Shown here: positions 37,214 to 49,855 of the stretch, piece by piece
Layout: each line of letters begins with the position of its first letter
How positions within the stretch are numbered: position 1 is the first letter of the stretch
From: Bispira polyomma
Taxonomy: Eukaryota
Length of the DNA stretch: 64,000 nucleotides
Assembly: GCA_965649765.1 (NCBI GenBank)
Contig: OZ287750.1
Span: forward strand, 49,662,001-49,726,000
Direction of reading: 5' to 3'
Notes under the pieces: model-generated
What the model was told of the DNA's origin: nothing
Seen by the model: only the letters and a program-made list of their open reading frames with translations
Database searches by the model: none
Program-made: the position numbers and the translations under genes

Positions 37214-38047
37214 TTACAATGCCTCTTGTGATTGTGAAATGTTCTCGCTCTTCTCTTTCTCCTCAGCACACTCATCAGTTTCATCATTTGCCTCAGCAGC
37301 TGAATACTGCAGCTGTATGAGTTTGAGTCGGGCATGCATATTGGTGGGGCGACTGTTTCGGGCATGCCCGTAATACCACATGGCCCCACCCCCAAACACG
37401 AGCACTCCCAGCACGATGAAGGTGATTCCAATGATATTGAGCACCTTTGAACTTGAGCCGATAGCTACGACTATGCACACAATGCCTGCCAGCACCAGCA
37501 CCACCGATATGGAGAAGATGGACTGGGGGTTGGCATATTTGTGAACGATTTCGGCAAAGTCTCCCCTCATCTGCTCTCCGGACCAAGCAGACTGGCGACG
37601 AGACCTGTCCTTGTAGCCCGAGGACCTGGATTTGTGGGAGCGTACCGAGGGGGAATGCAGGTTTCCCGGACTATGGGGTGGAACTAGCTGAAATGAGGTA
37701 TTTGACACTGGAGAGCCCCTGGGATCATTCCTAGAGGCAATAGCATTCTGGATCAGTAAGTCTGTCTTGTTTTTGGGATGATGACCACCTGTCGAGCGGC
37801 CATTGTCTAAATGCTCACGCGGGTGTCCGCGGCAGCTCCTTCTAGTGCTACGTGTTCGTTTAACACTAGGCTGGTGCCTGAGTGAGTCTCCTGGCAGGGA
37901 ATGTGTTCTCCCTACTGAATCCTTCTCTCTCCTCCCACTCCCATTGGGAGTACCCCCTTCATTTACCACAATAATGCTGTCACTTTTCTGGCCCGTCAAC
38001 TTGGGGTGTCCACCGTTAGGGACCTCCAGGCTTCTGCAGCCTTCCAT
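37214..38047 (-). CDS. 277-aa protein: long disordered Ser/Arg/His/Gly-rich N-terminus, two TM helices, acidic tail; family not recognised
   Basis: 834-bp uninterrupted GC-richer ORF in AT-rich DNA; aacATGG Kozak context; splice acceptor ttttttgcag ~40 nt upstream (exon starts 38087). TM1 IFSISVVLVLAGIVCIVVAIG, TM2 VLNIIGITFIVLGVLVFGGGAMWYY. Confidence 0.85.
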   Translation of the reverse strand: MEGCRSLEVPNGGHPKLTGQKSDSIIVVNEGGTPNGSGRREKDSVGRTHSLPGDSLRHQPSVKRTRSTRRSCRGHPREHLDNGRSTGGHHPKNKTDLLIQNAIASRNDPRGSPVSNTSFQLVPPHSPGNLHSPSVRSHKSRSSGYKDRSRRQSAWSGEQMRGDFAEIVHKYANPQSIFSISVVLVLAGIVCIVVAIGSSSKVLNIIGITFIVLGVLVFGGGAMWYYGHARNSRPTNMHARLKLIQLQYSAAEANDETDECAEEKEKSENISQSQEAL

Positions 38048-39477
38048 GTTGTTCTTTAACTTTTTATTCCTAGACAGAGACTACATTCTGCAAAAAACTC
38101 ACCAAAAGAATGTTATACTGTTGTTGTTGTTTTTTTTTTGTAAATCTGCACAATGTTTCAATAATAAAAATCAAGTTCACATTACATAAAGTATGAGGAC
38201 GGGACACATTTATTTGGTTTCAATTACTTATCCTGTGTGTCTTCATTTCCATTGCCCACACAAATTATCCAATCTGCCAGCCAGCATATTATCGACTAAA
38301 AGTAGCAGTTGTCAGTTACATATGGTCACACATTTCAAGCAAAAGAACACTGTCAAATTGAAACTACACACTTTTGTCGACAGCTGAAGTCATGCTTTCT
38401 GGGTATAATTCAGGTAACAGAAAACACACATATCCCCCTCCAGTTAGTATGTATCCCATAATCGTCACAGAGAGTACAACTATACTTGGTTTGCAGTTTA
38501 ACAATTTAACAATTTGCCAATCTTCATCACTTTTCCAGGCACTGCTAAGTATCCCATGTTCTATTTGATGGCAAATTTATCTCTCTCTCCCTTTTCGGCA
38601 AGTTTCCAAACATAAAGTGACAAGCAAACAGGGGAAAAAAACAAACAAAACATTTAACACATGTACTCAGCGAAACACACACACATACAGAGGTCACCGC
38701 TTCACTCTGTAAGTTGCTACTATAGCTGTAACAAACCCACACACAAAGAGACAGACAGCCACACACACACACACACTAAGCCACCATATACCGCCCTCCT
38801 CCCCATCCCCCCCCTCCCCCTTCCCCCTTTTCTTTCAGCCCCTTGTGGCCCATTGCCACCGTTGTTAAAGAACTTTGAGGCCAAACTACGTCAGGAAAAA
38901 ATCTGCTTCTTTTTTATTGTGTGTGTTTTTGCATTCTTGGGGGTTTGAGAGGCATATAAGCAGAGTTTTAATGCTGCATCAGTGTTTCAACTCTTCACAT
39001 CTGCTGTCTTTATTTATTTGGGGTATTGATTTTAACCTTATTTTGTCTGCGTTGCTAACAATACTTTCCTATTTTATAATATATATATTTTTAACTATTA
39101 TTGATTGAAGCAGTATGAATTCGAATTTTATGTATAAAATGTTCACAGTTAGAGGCAAGCATGATATGACCTGGGTGTCTGACAATTTCTCCTCTAAATC
39201 CCAAAATAGATATAAAATACCCGTTTTTAAGGGATCTGGTGAAAGGGGTTTTAAGTTCATTTAGTTTTTTCCCTTCCTCTTCTTTATGGGGCTCCTCCCT
39301 GGTTTGTCGGGTTCAATACATTTTAATTCCATGCACCTTCAATCACTCCCAGATGTCAAACAAATCTTTCCAGAAGGAAGTGTGTTAAAGGCCTTATTAA
39401 TTCATTCTTACATGATTGATTAGCTTCACATGTATTCATCTACAAACAAAATCAGTCTAGGACCAAGTCTATGAGTA

Positions 39478-39716
39478 GGGACTCCTATTCTGAACGTATA
39501 CTCCAGCTCAAACTCATACTCAACTCAAATTTGAACATAGTAAACAAAATCCAAAATCTGACTTTATATTTGAATTTAGTGTTAAAAGCTCTATTTAAAT
39601 GAATGGTCGCAAGTATAGGTTGTATCCTTACATGCAATGATTTCCACGTGGCCCTATATTTAAGTTGAGTATATGAGTTTAAGCATGACTTTATTTCTAG
39701 AACATCGATCAGCCCT
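39478..39716. mobile_element. Older copy of the Harbinger-type MITE at 10100
   Basis: Shares aaactcatactcaactcaaat, aaaatctgactt and aaaagctctat...aaatgaatggtc; degenerate TIRs. Related MITEs at ~36683-36832, ~40361-40466, ~41473-41585 and ~57990-58178. Confidence 0.75.
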
Positions 39717-40644
39717 GTTATATAACTCTAAGGTGAACACTTAATACATGACACTGAAATGTGTCAGTTCTCTCTTCCATATAACTTTCATTCTATTGGA
39801 GATATACAGTGATGATTTATTCCATTTAATTTATTAGAAAGCTCTAATCTAACTAACTTTTTTATATCAGTTGAAATGGTTACATAAGTGTGAGTTTGTT
39901 ATGTAACAATTCATAGAACTGACTTAACAGGCGGTTTAAGTGCTCTTTTAATTTTGTAATAGCTCTTTTCCATTAAGAAAAGTGGAAAAACAAGCATCCG
40001 ACCGACCAGACTCTTTGTCTAAAGGACATTATGTAAGGATAATATCATATTTATTGTAATATTTTTTGCAGTATGGCCTATATTTAGTTCTCATTTTCAA
40101 TCATAGTCAATCATTTTCTTCATAGGTAAGTAAGTAAAATGTGTAGCACAAAGCACCTGAAAAGCCTATTAATTTATCGTGATTTTCAAAAAATGATTAA
40201 ATGATTAAGGTACTATAGACCTTTAGGCTTTAGTTTAGGTGAGAGATTTTATTAAGAAAACTCTTCTTCATGAGAGGCTTTTATTTATGGCCCCACAAGA
40301 GACGCTTTATTAGAAACTAAATAAGCAGCAAATATCCGCGTATTGGAAACACAATAAATTAGGGCCCCATATTCTAAAAAAACCTCAAGCTCAAAGATAA
40401 ATGAAGGCTATGTGGAAATAATTGTACCAGTTCTTTTTATAAGAGGTTTTACTACTGTGGGCCTAGACTTTGGCAACATTTTAAAAATGCAGTCGGAATT
40501 TACTTGATTACACTCCATACACCCAAAGGTCCCGTTTCAATTAATACTACAAAATTGTCCTTATTCGGTTTGTTTTTTTTTTCATTTTACATTTACCAGA
40601 AGAAACATTTCCATACTGTTTATACAAATATTGTGTTGTCACTC

Positions 40645-40976
40645 AACAACCCTCCTACCTCGATTCTCCTCTTTCTTTAAGCAACCTGAAGAGTGGTAAT
40701 AGACTTTCTGTTTGCTCTGTCAAACCCACCAAGAAGGCTAGAGCTTTCTCCATAGCAGCCCCCATGTTACATCACAGATCACTAGAAACACTTTTCGGTT
40801 ATAGGACAGAACTTAAAACCTATCTTTTCAAGACTGCTTATCCCCTTAAATCCCTATTGTACACTGCCATCTCCTTCAATACGACCGGGGTATGTTTATG
40901 TACTATACAATTGTTTAACCAATTCAGTTGTTGCAAACTTCAGTAACTTAAAGTTCAGTTATATCAAAATAATAAT
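40645..40976 (+). mobile_element. L2 3'-end fragment
   Basis: RAFSIAAP...YRTELKTYLFKTAYP* followed by a UTR and aataataat tail. Confidence 0.65.
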
Positions 40977-41951
40977 GAAAACTATGTCGGTGGTTTCTTT
41001 CTTGGCCTATGCTCCATCAGCCAAATTTCAATGCAAAAAGGTTCGGTAGTTGTTATGCTTGCCTTGTGAAAAAAACGAACGAACCAACCAATCAATCAAT
41101 GGACACAGGCCAAACCTGAGGGTAAGTATAGTAAGTATGGGGTACTGCAAACTAAGACACTTAGGTAATAGAGTCTTAATGCAGGGCATTAAGGTATTCT
41201 TGTGGTTTGACAAGAACAGTTGTTCTCAATACATCACATGCATTGATCATGGAATAGTATTCAATATCAACACTGGTGTCTATTTTTTAATATAAAAGCG
41301 TCCAAATGTGACCTCCTGTTCCAAAAAGGGCATCACCTTCTTTATTTAACTCTTGTTTCCAGCAGTTTGTACAGTACAGATATGGCTAGCTTTAGGGTGT
41401 TCAAAACACATTGACTTGTATGGTTACATACACCTTTAAATTTCCTCGCATCACCACATCACCCAAATATTCAGGGGCGGTATTTATAAAAAGGTTGAGT
41501 CTAGACATTGTCTTAAATCTATAAGAAAAGAATATTAGATCTAAGACAAAGTCTTGGCTTAGCTCTTTTGTGAATACCACTGCTGAGCTTCACATTGGCT
41601 TCACCTTACATATTGGTGCATGTTCAAAATAGTTGCCTTAGCTTAGCATACTGTAGTCCACACAGCTGATAACTACCATAGTGTACCTGTTTTACCCACC
41701 TGTACAACAATCAGAAGTTCAATTTTATCACAACTTCTCATATGCAGCATCTATACTTGTTGAATGGTCTACCACAGGACATCCATTAAGTTACTTTTAT
41801 ATAGTAGTAAACTAAAAAAGATTATCAAAGCATTTTCCCTCTTTTTCATCCAATTACTAAATGCTTAAACAATCACATCTGTTTGTTACACCTAAGAAAA
41901 CACTGGTACAGATATTAAGTGCAACTAAAATTGAATAGAATAGCAATAATG

Positions 41952-43767
41952 AACAAGAGGAAAGTGACCTTGCGGTCACAAATCTCGGAAACATGTATCT
42001 ATTTCTCAAGCTTTCTACCTTAAAGTAAACCAATATTATCTGTCAATGTATAAGTTACAACAAAAAAAAAAACTGTCTACCTATAACCTAAAATACAATT
42101 GTCAATATATAAGTTACAAAAAAGGAAATTATTTGACAACCTATTTAAATATTAAAAAATATTATCTGTCTACCTGTCAACCTGTGTACCTAAAAGTAAA
42201 AAAAAAAAATAATCAACTGTCTATCTGTCGACATGTCAACATGTAACCCGACAGGTCAACAAGTTTAAAAAAAAAAATTTTTTAATTTTTTGATTGAAGG
42301 TAATTTTATATGGTTTAGGGCTAGGGTTTAGGGGAGTTAGCCATCATTCTCTAGCCTAAATATCTGTCACACATAAAGTTAGATATAATCCCCTAACCCC
42401 TTAAGCCTAAAATAATTTCGACCTGACAGCTTATCTTTTATAAATAATTAAAAAATTAGTCTACCTGTCGACCTGAAAAAAATTAAATTTCTACCTGTCG
42501 GCCTGTCTACCTAAAAAAAAATATTTTTTTTGTAACCTGTCGACCTGTCTACCAAGAAAAAAATATATTTATTTTATTTGTCAACCTGTCTACCTAGAAG
42601 AAAAAATAAAAACATATAGTTGTGTCTCGTAAATTTGATAGTTTTAACCATTTTTTATTGGCTTATTTCACCCTAAAAAGTACTGTTCTTAGCAAAAACT
42701 GGAGCTGTATTTTAATATAAAGATATTAAAATATTTATTATTAACGAATTAAGAAGGCTATCGAATCAACAAGATATACTAGACTTCTTCATATATCTCA
42801 ATATAGTTTCTAAAAGCAATATATTACGATACGAAATTTAAAAAAAGTTCAATGGAAATGTCATTCTTTAGCAACAAATTAAATATTATTACAAAGAATA
42901 AATACTTTTGCATCTTCTGTTAAAATGTGAGGCCATTATTTAGATTAATTAAAGCAAGTACATACATATCGATCGACACAGTATTTTCACTGTAAATCCT
43001 TTAATGTCGCTCACTTCCGGGTCGCGTTTTAGAAGAAACCTCGCCTCGTGTGTTAACAAAAACATATTCTAGCGAGATAGGAAGTTTTAAAAGCCGAGTA
43101 CTCAAACAAAACGCTCCAAATATGACAAGAATGTAGGCGAAAATAGAAAGAGTTCGCAGACTTTTCCTCGACTCGTGTGTTAATAAAATACATTCTAGCT
43201 AGATAGGAAGTTTTGAAAGCCGATTACCAAACCGAAATGCCCCAAAAGTGATGAGAAAGGTAGGTGATTTGCAAGCCGCTCGTGTCAAATAAAATATACA
43301 AAAAGTGATTACGTCAACACAAAAATGGCGAGAAATGCTAGTACCGAGTATCTGAATACTTAAAAATTAACAAAAGACTGTAGTGTGGCGCCATCTAGCA
43401 GTCGAGACCGAAGTTAAAAAAGGGTGCGTTTGGTGTATATATATATAGCGTATATATATCCCAAACCCTAGTCTTTGTCACATATATATATACCTATTGA
43501 AACCTACGAATCTGACTGGCCCTACAAAAAATGGACATAACAAAATATGCGGTAATTGCGAGGTCAAAGGTTAAATCTTATTTTACAAACAAAATAAAAA
43601 AATAAATAGATATATTAAGGCTTCTGACTCGTCCTTAGTACCAACCACATATAACTGCCAAAAACAGACTTAAAATAATAAACGAAACTGGTAGAAAGTG
43701 CTGTCTACAGACGAAAAACATCTTCTCAATACATGATCTCGGATGGCTCCGCCCTCCGAGATAAAAA
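41952..43767. mobile_element. Non-autonomous Helentron-like element (HINE), ~1.8 kb
   Basis: 5' aacaagagg, hairpin gtgacc-ttgc-ggtcac, and ATCTCGGA (41982). 3' ATCTCGGA...TCCGAGAT palindrome plus aaaaa (43736-43767). Internal ctgtctac/ctgtcgac microrepeats. Confidence 0.7.
43005..43410. promoter_or_regulatory. CpG-rich promoter/insulator-like module: ETS (cacttccgg 43012), CRE-like (ttacgtca), YY1 (aaaatggcg 43322), CTCF-like site (43385-43401)
   Basis: Local CpG enrichment. Minus strand CTGCTAGATGGCGCCAC is close to the CTCF consensus. ~125-bp direct repeat at 43045/43172. Function inferred from motifs only. Confidence 0.55.
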
Positions 43768-43869
43768 GCATTAAAAATCAATAAGTGATCTCCAATTCTG
43801 AACATGCGATAGTTTTGAATGTAAAATCAATACTGTACAGTTTTTAAAAAAATTCAAATTTGTACTATG

Positions 43870-44520
43870 GATATAATATTAAATGTTAAACTATGACATA
43901 TAGTAATAATATTGGTCCAACATTTAGTGTCTAACTTTGATATCTTCTAGTATTGGTAGCATAATTAATGTGAAACTTCGACATATAGAAGTGTTGGTAC
44001 TGCATTAAATATCGACCTTTCACATCTTGTAATATTGGTTCAATATTAAATGTCAAAGTTTGACATCTTGTAGTATTGGTAAAATATTTAATATCAAACT
44101 TTAACATCTTGTAGTATTAGTAATTTAGTACAATATTAAATCCCAACCTTTGACATATGATAGGGGCCGCGGTGGCCTAGTGGCTAGCAAGCATTGCGCT
44201 TCACAATTACTGGTGTCTCACCTCTGGGATTGACTGGCATGGGTTCGACTCCCGTCGATGCCTATATGGGAAAGGTGGGAGTTCCTTACTGTAAGCCACT
44301 GGTTTCAGTGCAGAATCTTAATCAACTGTATTCAGTGTTTTCTTCAGCGTTTCCAACTACCCGTCACAATATAACCTAAAGAGGTACTACAGTGGACGTT
44401 AAATATCCCAATTCAAATTGACATATACATGTAATAGTATTGGTACAACACTGAATATCAACATTTGACATTTGGTAGTATTGGTACAACACTGAATGCC
44501 AACTTTTGAGACATAGTAGT
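43870..44520. repeat. ~40-bp minisatellite (gacatcttgtagtattggtacaatattaaatgtcaaacttt), interrupted by a SINE
   Basis: About 9-10 diverged units visible. Confidence 0.85.
44163..44417 (+). mobile_element. tRNA-derived SINE, same family as 2427-2678
   Basis: ggggccgcggtggcctagtgg...gggttcgactccc...gtggacgttaaatatcccaattcaaa. Confidence 0.9.
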
Positions 44521-45320
44521 AGATGTACAATTCAAAATATTGCCAGCTCCAATGGACATAAGCTACAGGAATACATATTATATCCAACAGATATAATCCG
44601 AATCATACTGTCAAGCCAGATGCTAAATGTCTTCCCCTTGGGTGTGTGTAAATCAACCCTTATCAGTGTTTCAAGGGGTGGAGCCTAATTTGCCAGAGGA
44701 GCAACAATAATTGCTTTTACTCAGTCTGGTGTATCTACTCTCAGCAGGCACAACATCATTATGATGTTATCTATTTCTATGTTTAATTACAATTACTGGC
44801 TGTTCTGTTATTTACATAAACTTGTTATATTTTGTCCTGTAAAATAATGTTGGTCATTAATGTTTCAGGTTTACATTTAGCTTCAATGAGAAAACCACAT
44901 TTTTTTGTTCTTCATTTAAAATCAATCAACTCATAATTTATTTTACTGAGCAACTGTAACTCGTGCAAGAAGACATTGACCTTGTTGTCCACAAAACCCA
45001 AGTACTCTGACGGCATTTCTATAGTTATTTCAAGTAACGTTCTTCTATTCAACTGCCATCAGGATCAAAGGAAGTGTTCTTATCAAATAAATAGTTTAAG
45101 GGAGGGTTCAGGCTTCTGTTCTATTGGTTTTCTGACACATTTATCTAGACTTCATTTACTTCAGTCAGCCTTAAAAAAAGAGAAAAACAATCTGATATTG
45201 AGAAAGTCTTTCTTTTGAAAAAAAAATGCGGATATTTTTTTCCTCTACTTTTCTGAATTAAATAAAACTAAAGAGTGGCTGTTATCGACCTAATAATTCT
45301 AGGTCCAAAATAACATTTGT

Positions 45321-45626
45321 TGTCACAAGCTTCTATACTAATTTGTTGTGTTTCAATGTGTTCAACCATAAATAATGTTATTTTCAGGCATTAGCTTTTC
45401 AAAGTTGGAGGTTTTCCTTGGCCGTACTCATAAAAAAAAATCCCCTTGAGCAAAATAATATTTTCAACGGCTGATTCATTTTTCAATCCAGTTATGTAGA
45501 AACATAAATATCATGAAAACTGGTTTGTTCCAACAAACTCAAAAGACACTGCTAATGTCTGGAAATAACATTATTAATGGTTGAACACATTTAAACACAA
45601 CAAAATTTGTATATAGGCTTGTGACA
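45321..45626. mobile_element. MITE-like element with ~75-bp inverted repeats
   Basis: 45321-45395 is the near reverse complement of 45551-45626. Confidence 0.7.
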
Positions 45627-48529
45627 CTAAAAATAGAGGATAATTTTTTATTCAAGTATTTTGTTAGAGACAGTTTATCATTGCAGGCATACAGTTTCAG
45701 AGAGAGAGTTGTTCCTTTTCAGAATATTTACCTCTGCTTACCTTAATATGTCATTATACTTTTAGCCAACGTTGAACTGTACCATATTTATAATGGACAG
45801 TAACTAAGTTCTGAGGATGTAGAATTGTATGAAAATTTAGAGGTGTCACCATACGAGAAAAGGCCACAGTATTATCACTGATACATCTTCTGTGCTTGGT
45901 TGAAGATCATAAAGCTTTCATTTACCTCAAAGAAACAAATTGGCAAAACATGGAAAATCACTTCTTACAATTACCGAGACTGACCCATGAATACTTCTCC
46001 ACGACTAACTTAAAGGCCTCAAAATCACACAATTCTACCCTAATATACTTTCTGCAGGCTACCAAGAACAAAGCAACAATCTGCGACTGTTTCCCAAATT
46101 TAATTTTGGATTTTGGGGTCAGCCCCTTTTATTCCTACTAATTGTAAAAATTAAACATGTTTGTTTAAAAATACTTAAACTAGTAATATGTTTTGTTACG
46201 TGGATGTCACCAGGTAGTGAATATAATGGCCTAAAGTTATAGAACTACTTCTCTTCTACTACCCTTGTTTCACACTATGGTATTGCAATACAAGGGAATA
46301 TCAGACTGTTTGCCAAAGCGAGTCAGTTATATCACCAATGTCTAAATCTCAAATTTGGCAACTGTAGATTTCACAAAATAATAGACAATTTACTTTTCAC
46401 TTTATTGTGTCACGACAAAAGTGTTTTACTAATGTCTAAATTTTAGATTCGGGAATGGTAGATTTCAGGTTTTCAAAGCCATACATGTTTTAGAAGCACA
46501 TTGGGTTATTACGAAATGGCAAGAATTTGTGGGTTCAACTTAATGAGCACACTTAGTTCTGGACTTGCTAAAAGCTAAACTGGTAACACTAAAGGCATCA
46601 ATAATACACAGTGATAACAGAGTGAAAGGAAAACAAAGTGAGCCCCCATCAAAAACGTGACATTCGCACTGCTGGTGAGACTTGATCACAGTCCTTAGAT
46701 CCACTATTATCCCCCGTAAAAACAATATTCACAGACTCCTAATTGAAAACTGTTTCTTCCAGTAAAAGGCAGACTATGCTGGAGACCTCGGAAACTGTGC
46801 AGTTAGTGACCCGAAATAACATCCCTCACCCCAAACCCTTCCAAGCCCTGCCCAAAAGTCATTGCCAGCTAAATACAGCTTACTAAGCCTGCACGTCACC
46901 CATGAAACTAATAGCAGGCTAGTGACATTAAGGATTCTCTAGCCTTTCATAGGAGTTTTGATTTAATAATCGGCATTATGTTGTTTTGTAATTGACTTGT
47001 GATGATATGGGTATCCAACACTAATGTAGCTTAAACAAGGAATAGATACAATGACTTAATGCAAATTCAAATAACAAATGCACAAACTGTTTCTTCACTT
47101 ATTGTTTTGTGTAAGAAAAGCAATATCTAAAATATATTAACCATTATATCAAATCTAGTTTACTGTTCTACTTGATTTTAGACTAAATCTGGTATACCTT
47201 TCTACTTGATTTTAGAATAAATCTACTATACTTTTCTGCTTGATTGTAGTCCATCCTATGAGTCCATCCTAATAGATTCCAGTCAAATAACTTTTCTGCT
47301 TGATTTTAGTCCATCCTATTAGTCCATCCTAATAGATTTCAGTAAAATAACTTTTTCACAAATGTGAATTTTAAAAATATACATATTTAAAGAGATTACA
47401 TTTGGTAAATTATAAATATAATCTTGTTTAATTGTGCAACTGAAATTTGCTTCCAAAAGAGCTTGGTGAAACTCTTTATCGACTGGAAAGGAAAGGCTAC
47501 AGTGTTCCCTATGGCACCCTAAACAGTCCAAGATATTTCCATATGCTGAGACCTTTAACTCCCTAAAAGTAAAGTTGTGCTGCCATTAAGAAGGTTTGCA
47601 TGTAGTTTCCTGGTCAGTGTGGGAAATAAAGCTTAACACCCTAATGCCCTATGATAGCTCCAAATGGATACAACTTCAGCGAGAGTGGCGGGGCTTTGGG
47701 TGGTCTTTTTGTCCATCAATGGCAGCATTTAGCAGAATTTGTGGTTTATCAATAGCCTCATTTACATGGACTTCAGATAAAGAGTTTGCCCTTCGCACCA
47801 ACAAAGTCTGGCAAAGCCATTATCATATATCACATCAAACCACACAAAGGAACAACGTGAAGCTACTATAACAATAGCAGTAGCCATTTGTAAACATGGC
47901 AGTGTTGGTCAGAAGTATTCATGCACCTAGGATATATCAGATTTACATTATTTGTTTAAAAAGTACATATATCTACATTTAACCAGTTAATTATGTTATT
48001 GTAAATAAAATAAAATTGCATTCTAAAACACATTCAGTTTGAGAAAACTGTCAGTATTTTCAATAGATGAGAGATTTGTAATAAGAAAAAAAACTCACTA
48101 ATTCCACAGCCAAACATCAAAAGATTCTGATAAAAAAATGTGATAATTACCCCGTTTAAGTTAAAACCAGAATTGAATTCCTTGCAAAAAGCATCAACTT
48201 TGATTATTTTTATTTTCCAGGGATTTCCTTCTTAAAGTCTAATCACTACTTACACGGGTTGTGTAATTTCCTATCTAATCACTTCTAAATGCAACTAAGC
48301 GGGTCATCATATTAAATCTTCTTTTAAAGTCATAGCAGTTGGTTTTCATTATTGGGCCTGGGATTAAGAAAATTTGGGTTTCCACATTTTCTCTGGTAAC
48401 AAATTTAAATATCAGGCAGAGGAAGTATGTTCGTAATAAATTTAAATGTTTATTCTTTTAGTACTGTGGAGACAAGAAAATTTGTATCCCTTTTAATAAT
48501 AACAACGATAAACATACATTTTTGGCTTT

Positions 48530-48787
48530 TTTTACCTTCACCAAGGAGATTATGGTTTTACTACCGTCGGTTAGTAAGTTATTTAAGTAGTAGACTTATT
48601 CGTTTGGCACCAGGAGTACACAAAAACTACTGAACCCATTTGCATGACATTTGCTATGGGGCAATGAAGAATCCAATAAATTATGCAAGGGAGTTGGGTA
48701 AAATGACAGATCCAGGATTTATTTCCAGTTTTTGGCACTGTGACACGTAGGTGGGGGTTTACACTCTACTGATTACTATTCTAGTTT
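48530..48787 (-). mobile_element. Short HINE-like element (related decayed copies at ~260-470 and ~1080-1320 in the tandem unit)
   Basis: Terminal palindrome ttaccttcaccaaggagattat, microsatellite-like ttag tract, and end acactctactgattactattctagtt. Confidence 0.5.
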
Positions 48788-49644
48788 TAGGAAATGCTTT
48801 GCCTTAGGGAAATACCTTGTAGTATAGTTTGTTTGTCATATGTTTTAAAGTTGTTGCATGAGGACCACGGTAACCAAAGTGAAGCATTAATTTGAATCTG
48901 TTTAATCCTACTACATGGGTCCTTCATTTGTCACACGAAATAAATACATAGACTCCTTCTATTAGACAAGACAACAACCTGCACATCTTTATAAGCTGTC
49001 ACATTAAAGGTCACAGGTGAAAAAAGATGTATTAATTTTCCATCAGTGTAAAGAACATGGGTTTTAATCAAAGTCTTGTTTCCTTCTTTAACAGATTACG
49101 CACTTTTTCAAACAGATATCTTGATGGGTAAAACAGCTGTTTCTTTTGTTTAGAATACAAAGAAAGCGTCAAGTCTAAAACGAGTGTTCTGTGCCAATTT
49201 TTCATTTACTCACTTCTTTATCTTTGTAACATTTTTATCACCTTTTTTATAAATGTCATGCCCAAAACATGTGGTTCTTATAAGGTTTATTTTTTTCAAA
49301 ATTGCATGGCTTAATTTGTACAACTTGTATTAAAACTAAAAACTTTAGTATTATGAACTATTTTGGTAAAGACATCTTATATAAAAAAAGATCTTATCAT
49401 CCACAAAAATTACATAAAGATCAAAGTGATGCGGTTATATCACATTTAGCCTATTTACCTATTGTTGGATACTAATATATACGAGTTGACACAATTAGTA
49501 TCCGAGTTGACACAGACAGATACATAGTGGCTTGGATGATGGCTTAAAATGGCATCCCTGTATTATTGGGTGGCAGGCTGAAGAACATTGGGGACGTTGA
49601 TAAATGCATGGTTTGGTTGGTGATACTGGTTGGGTGCAGTTCAA

Positions 49645-49855
49645 CAATCAATAAAAGCTTAATTAGTGCTTTGAATACCAGATCAAGTCAATAAATGCAT
49701 TTATCAAAACCAAATATTATATTGAGTAATGTTTGAATCTACATAATAATCAATCAATAAAAGCTTAATTAGTGCTTTGAATACCAGATCAAGTCAATAA
49801 ATGCATTTATCAAAACCAAATATTATATTGAGTAATGTTTGAATCTACATAATAA
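49645..49855. repeat. Perfect 106-bp-period direct duplication
   Basis: 49645-49749 is identical to 49751-49855. Confidence 0.95.

Noticed and set aside
42310-42410. Telomere-like ttaggg/ccctaa motifs
   Set aside because: Few, degenerate and arranged as an inverted pair inside a HINE; not a telomeric array.
47596-47871. 91-aa ORF or enhancer-like GC-richer patch (GTGGGAA, TCF/Sox-like motifs)
   Set aside because: No splice support or domain; the short motifs are expected by chance.
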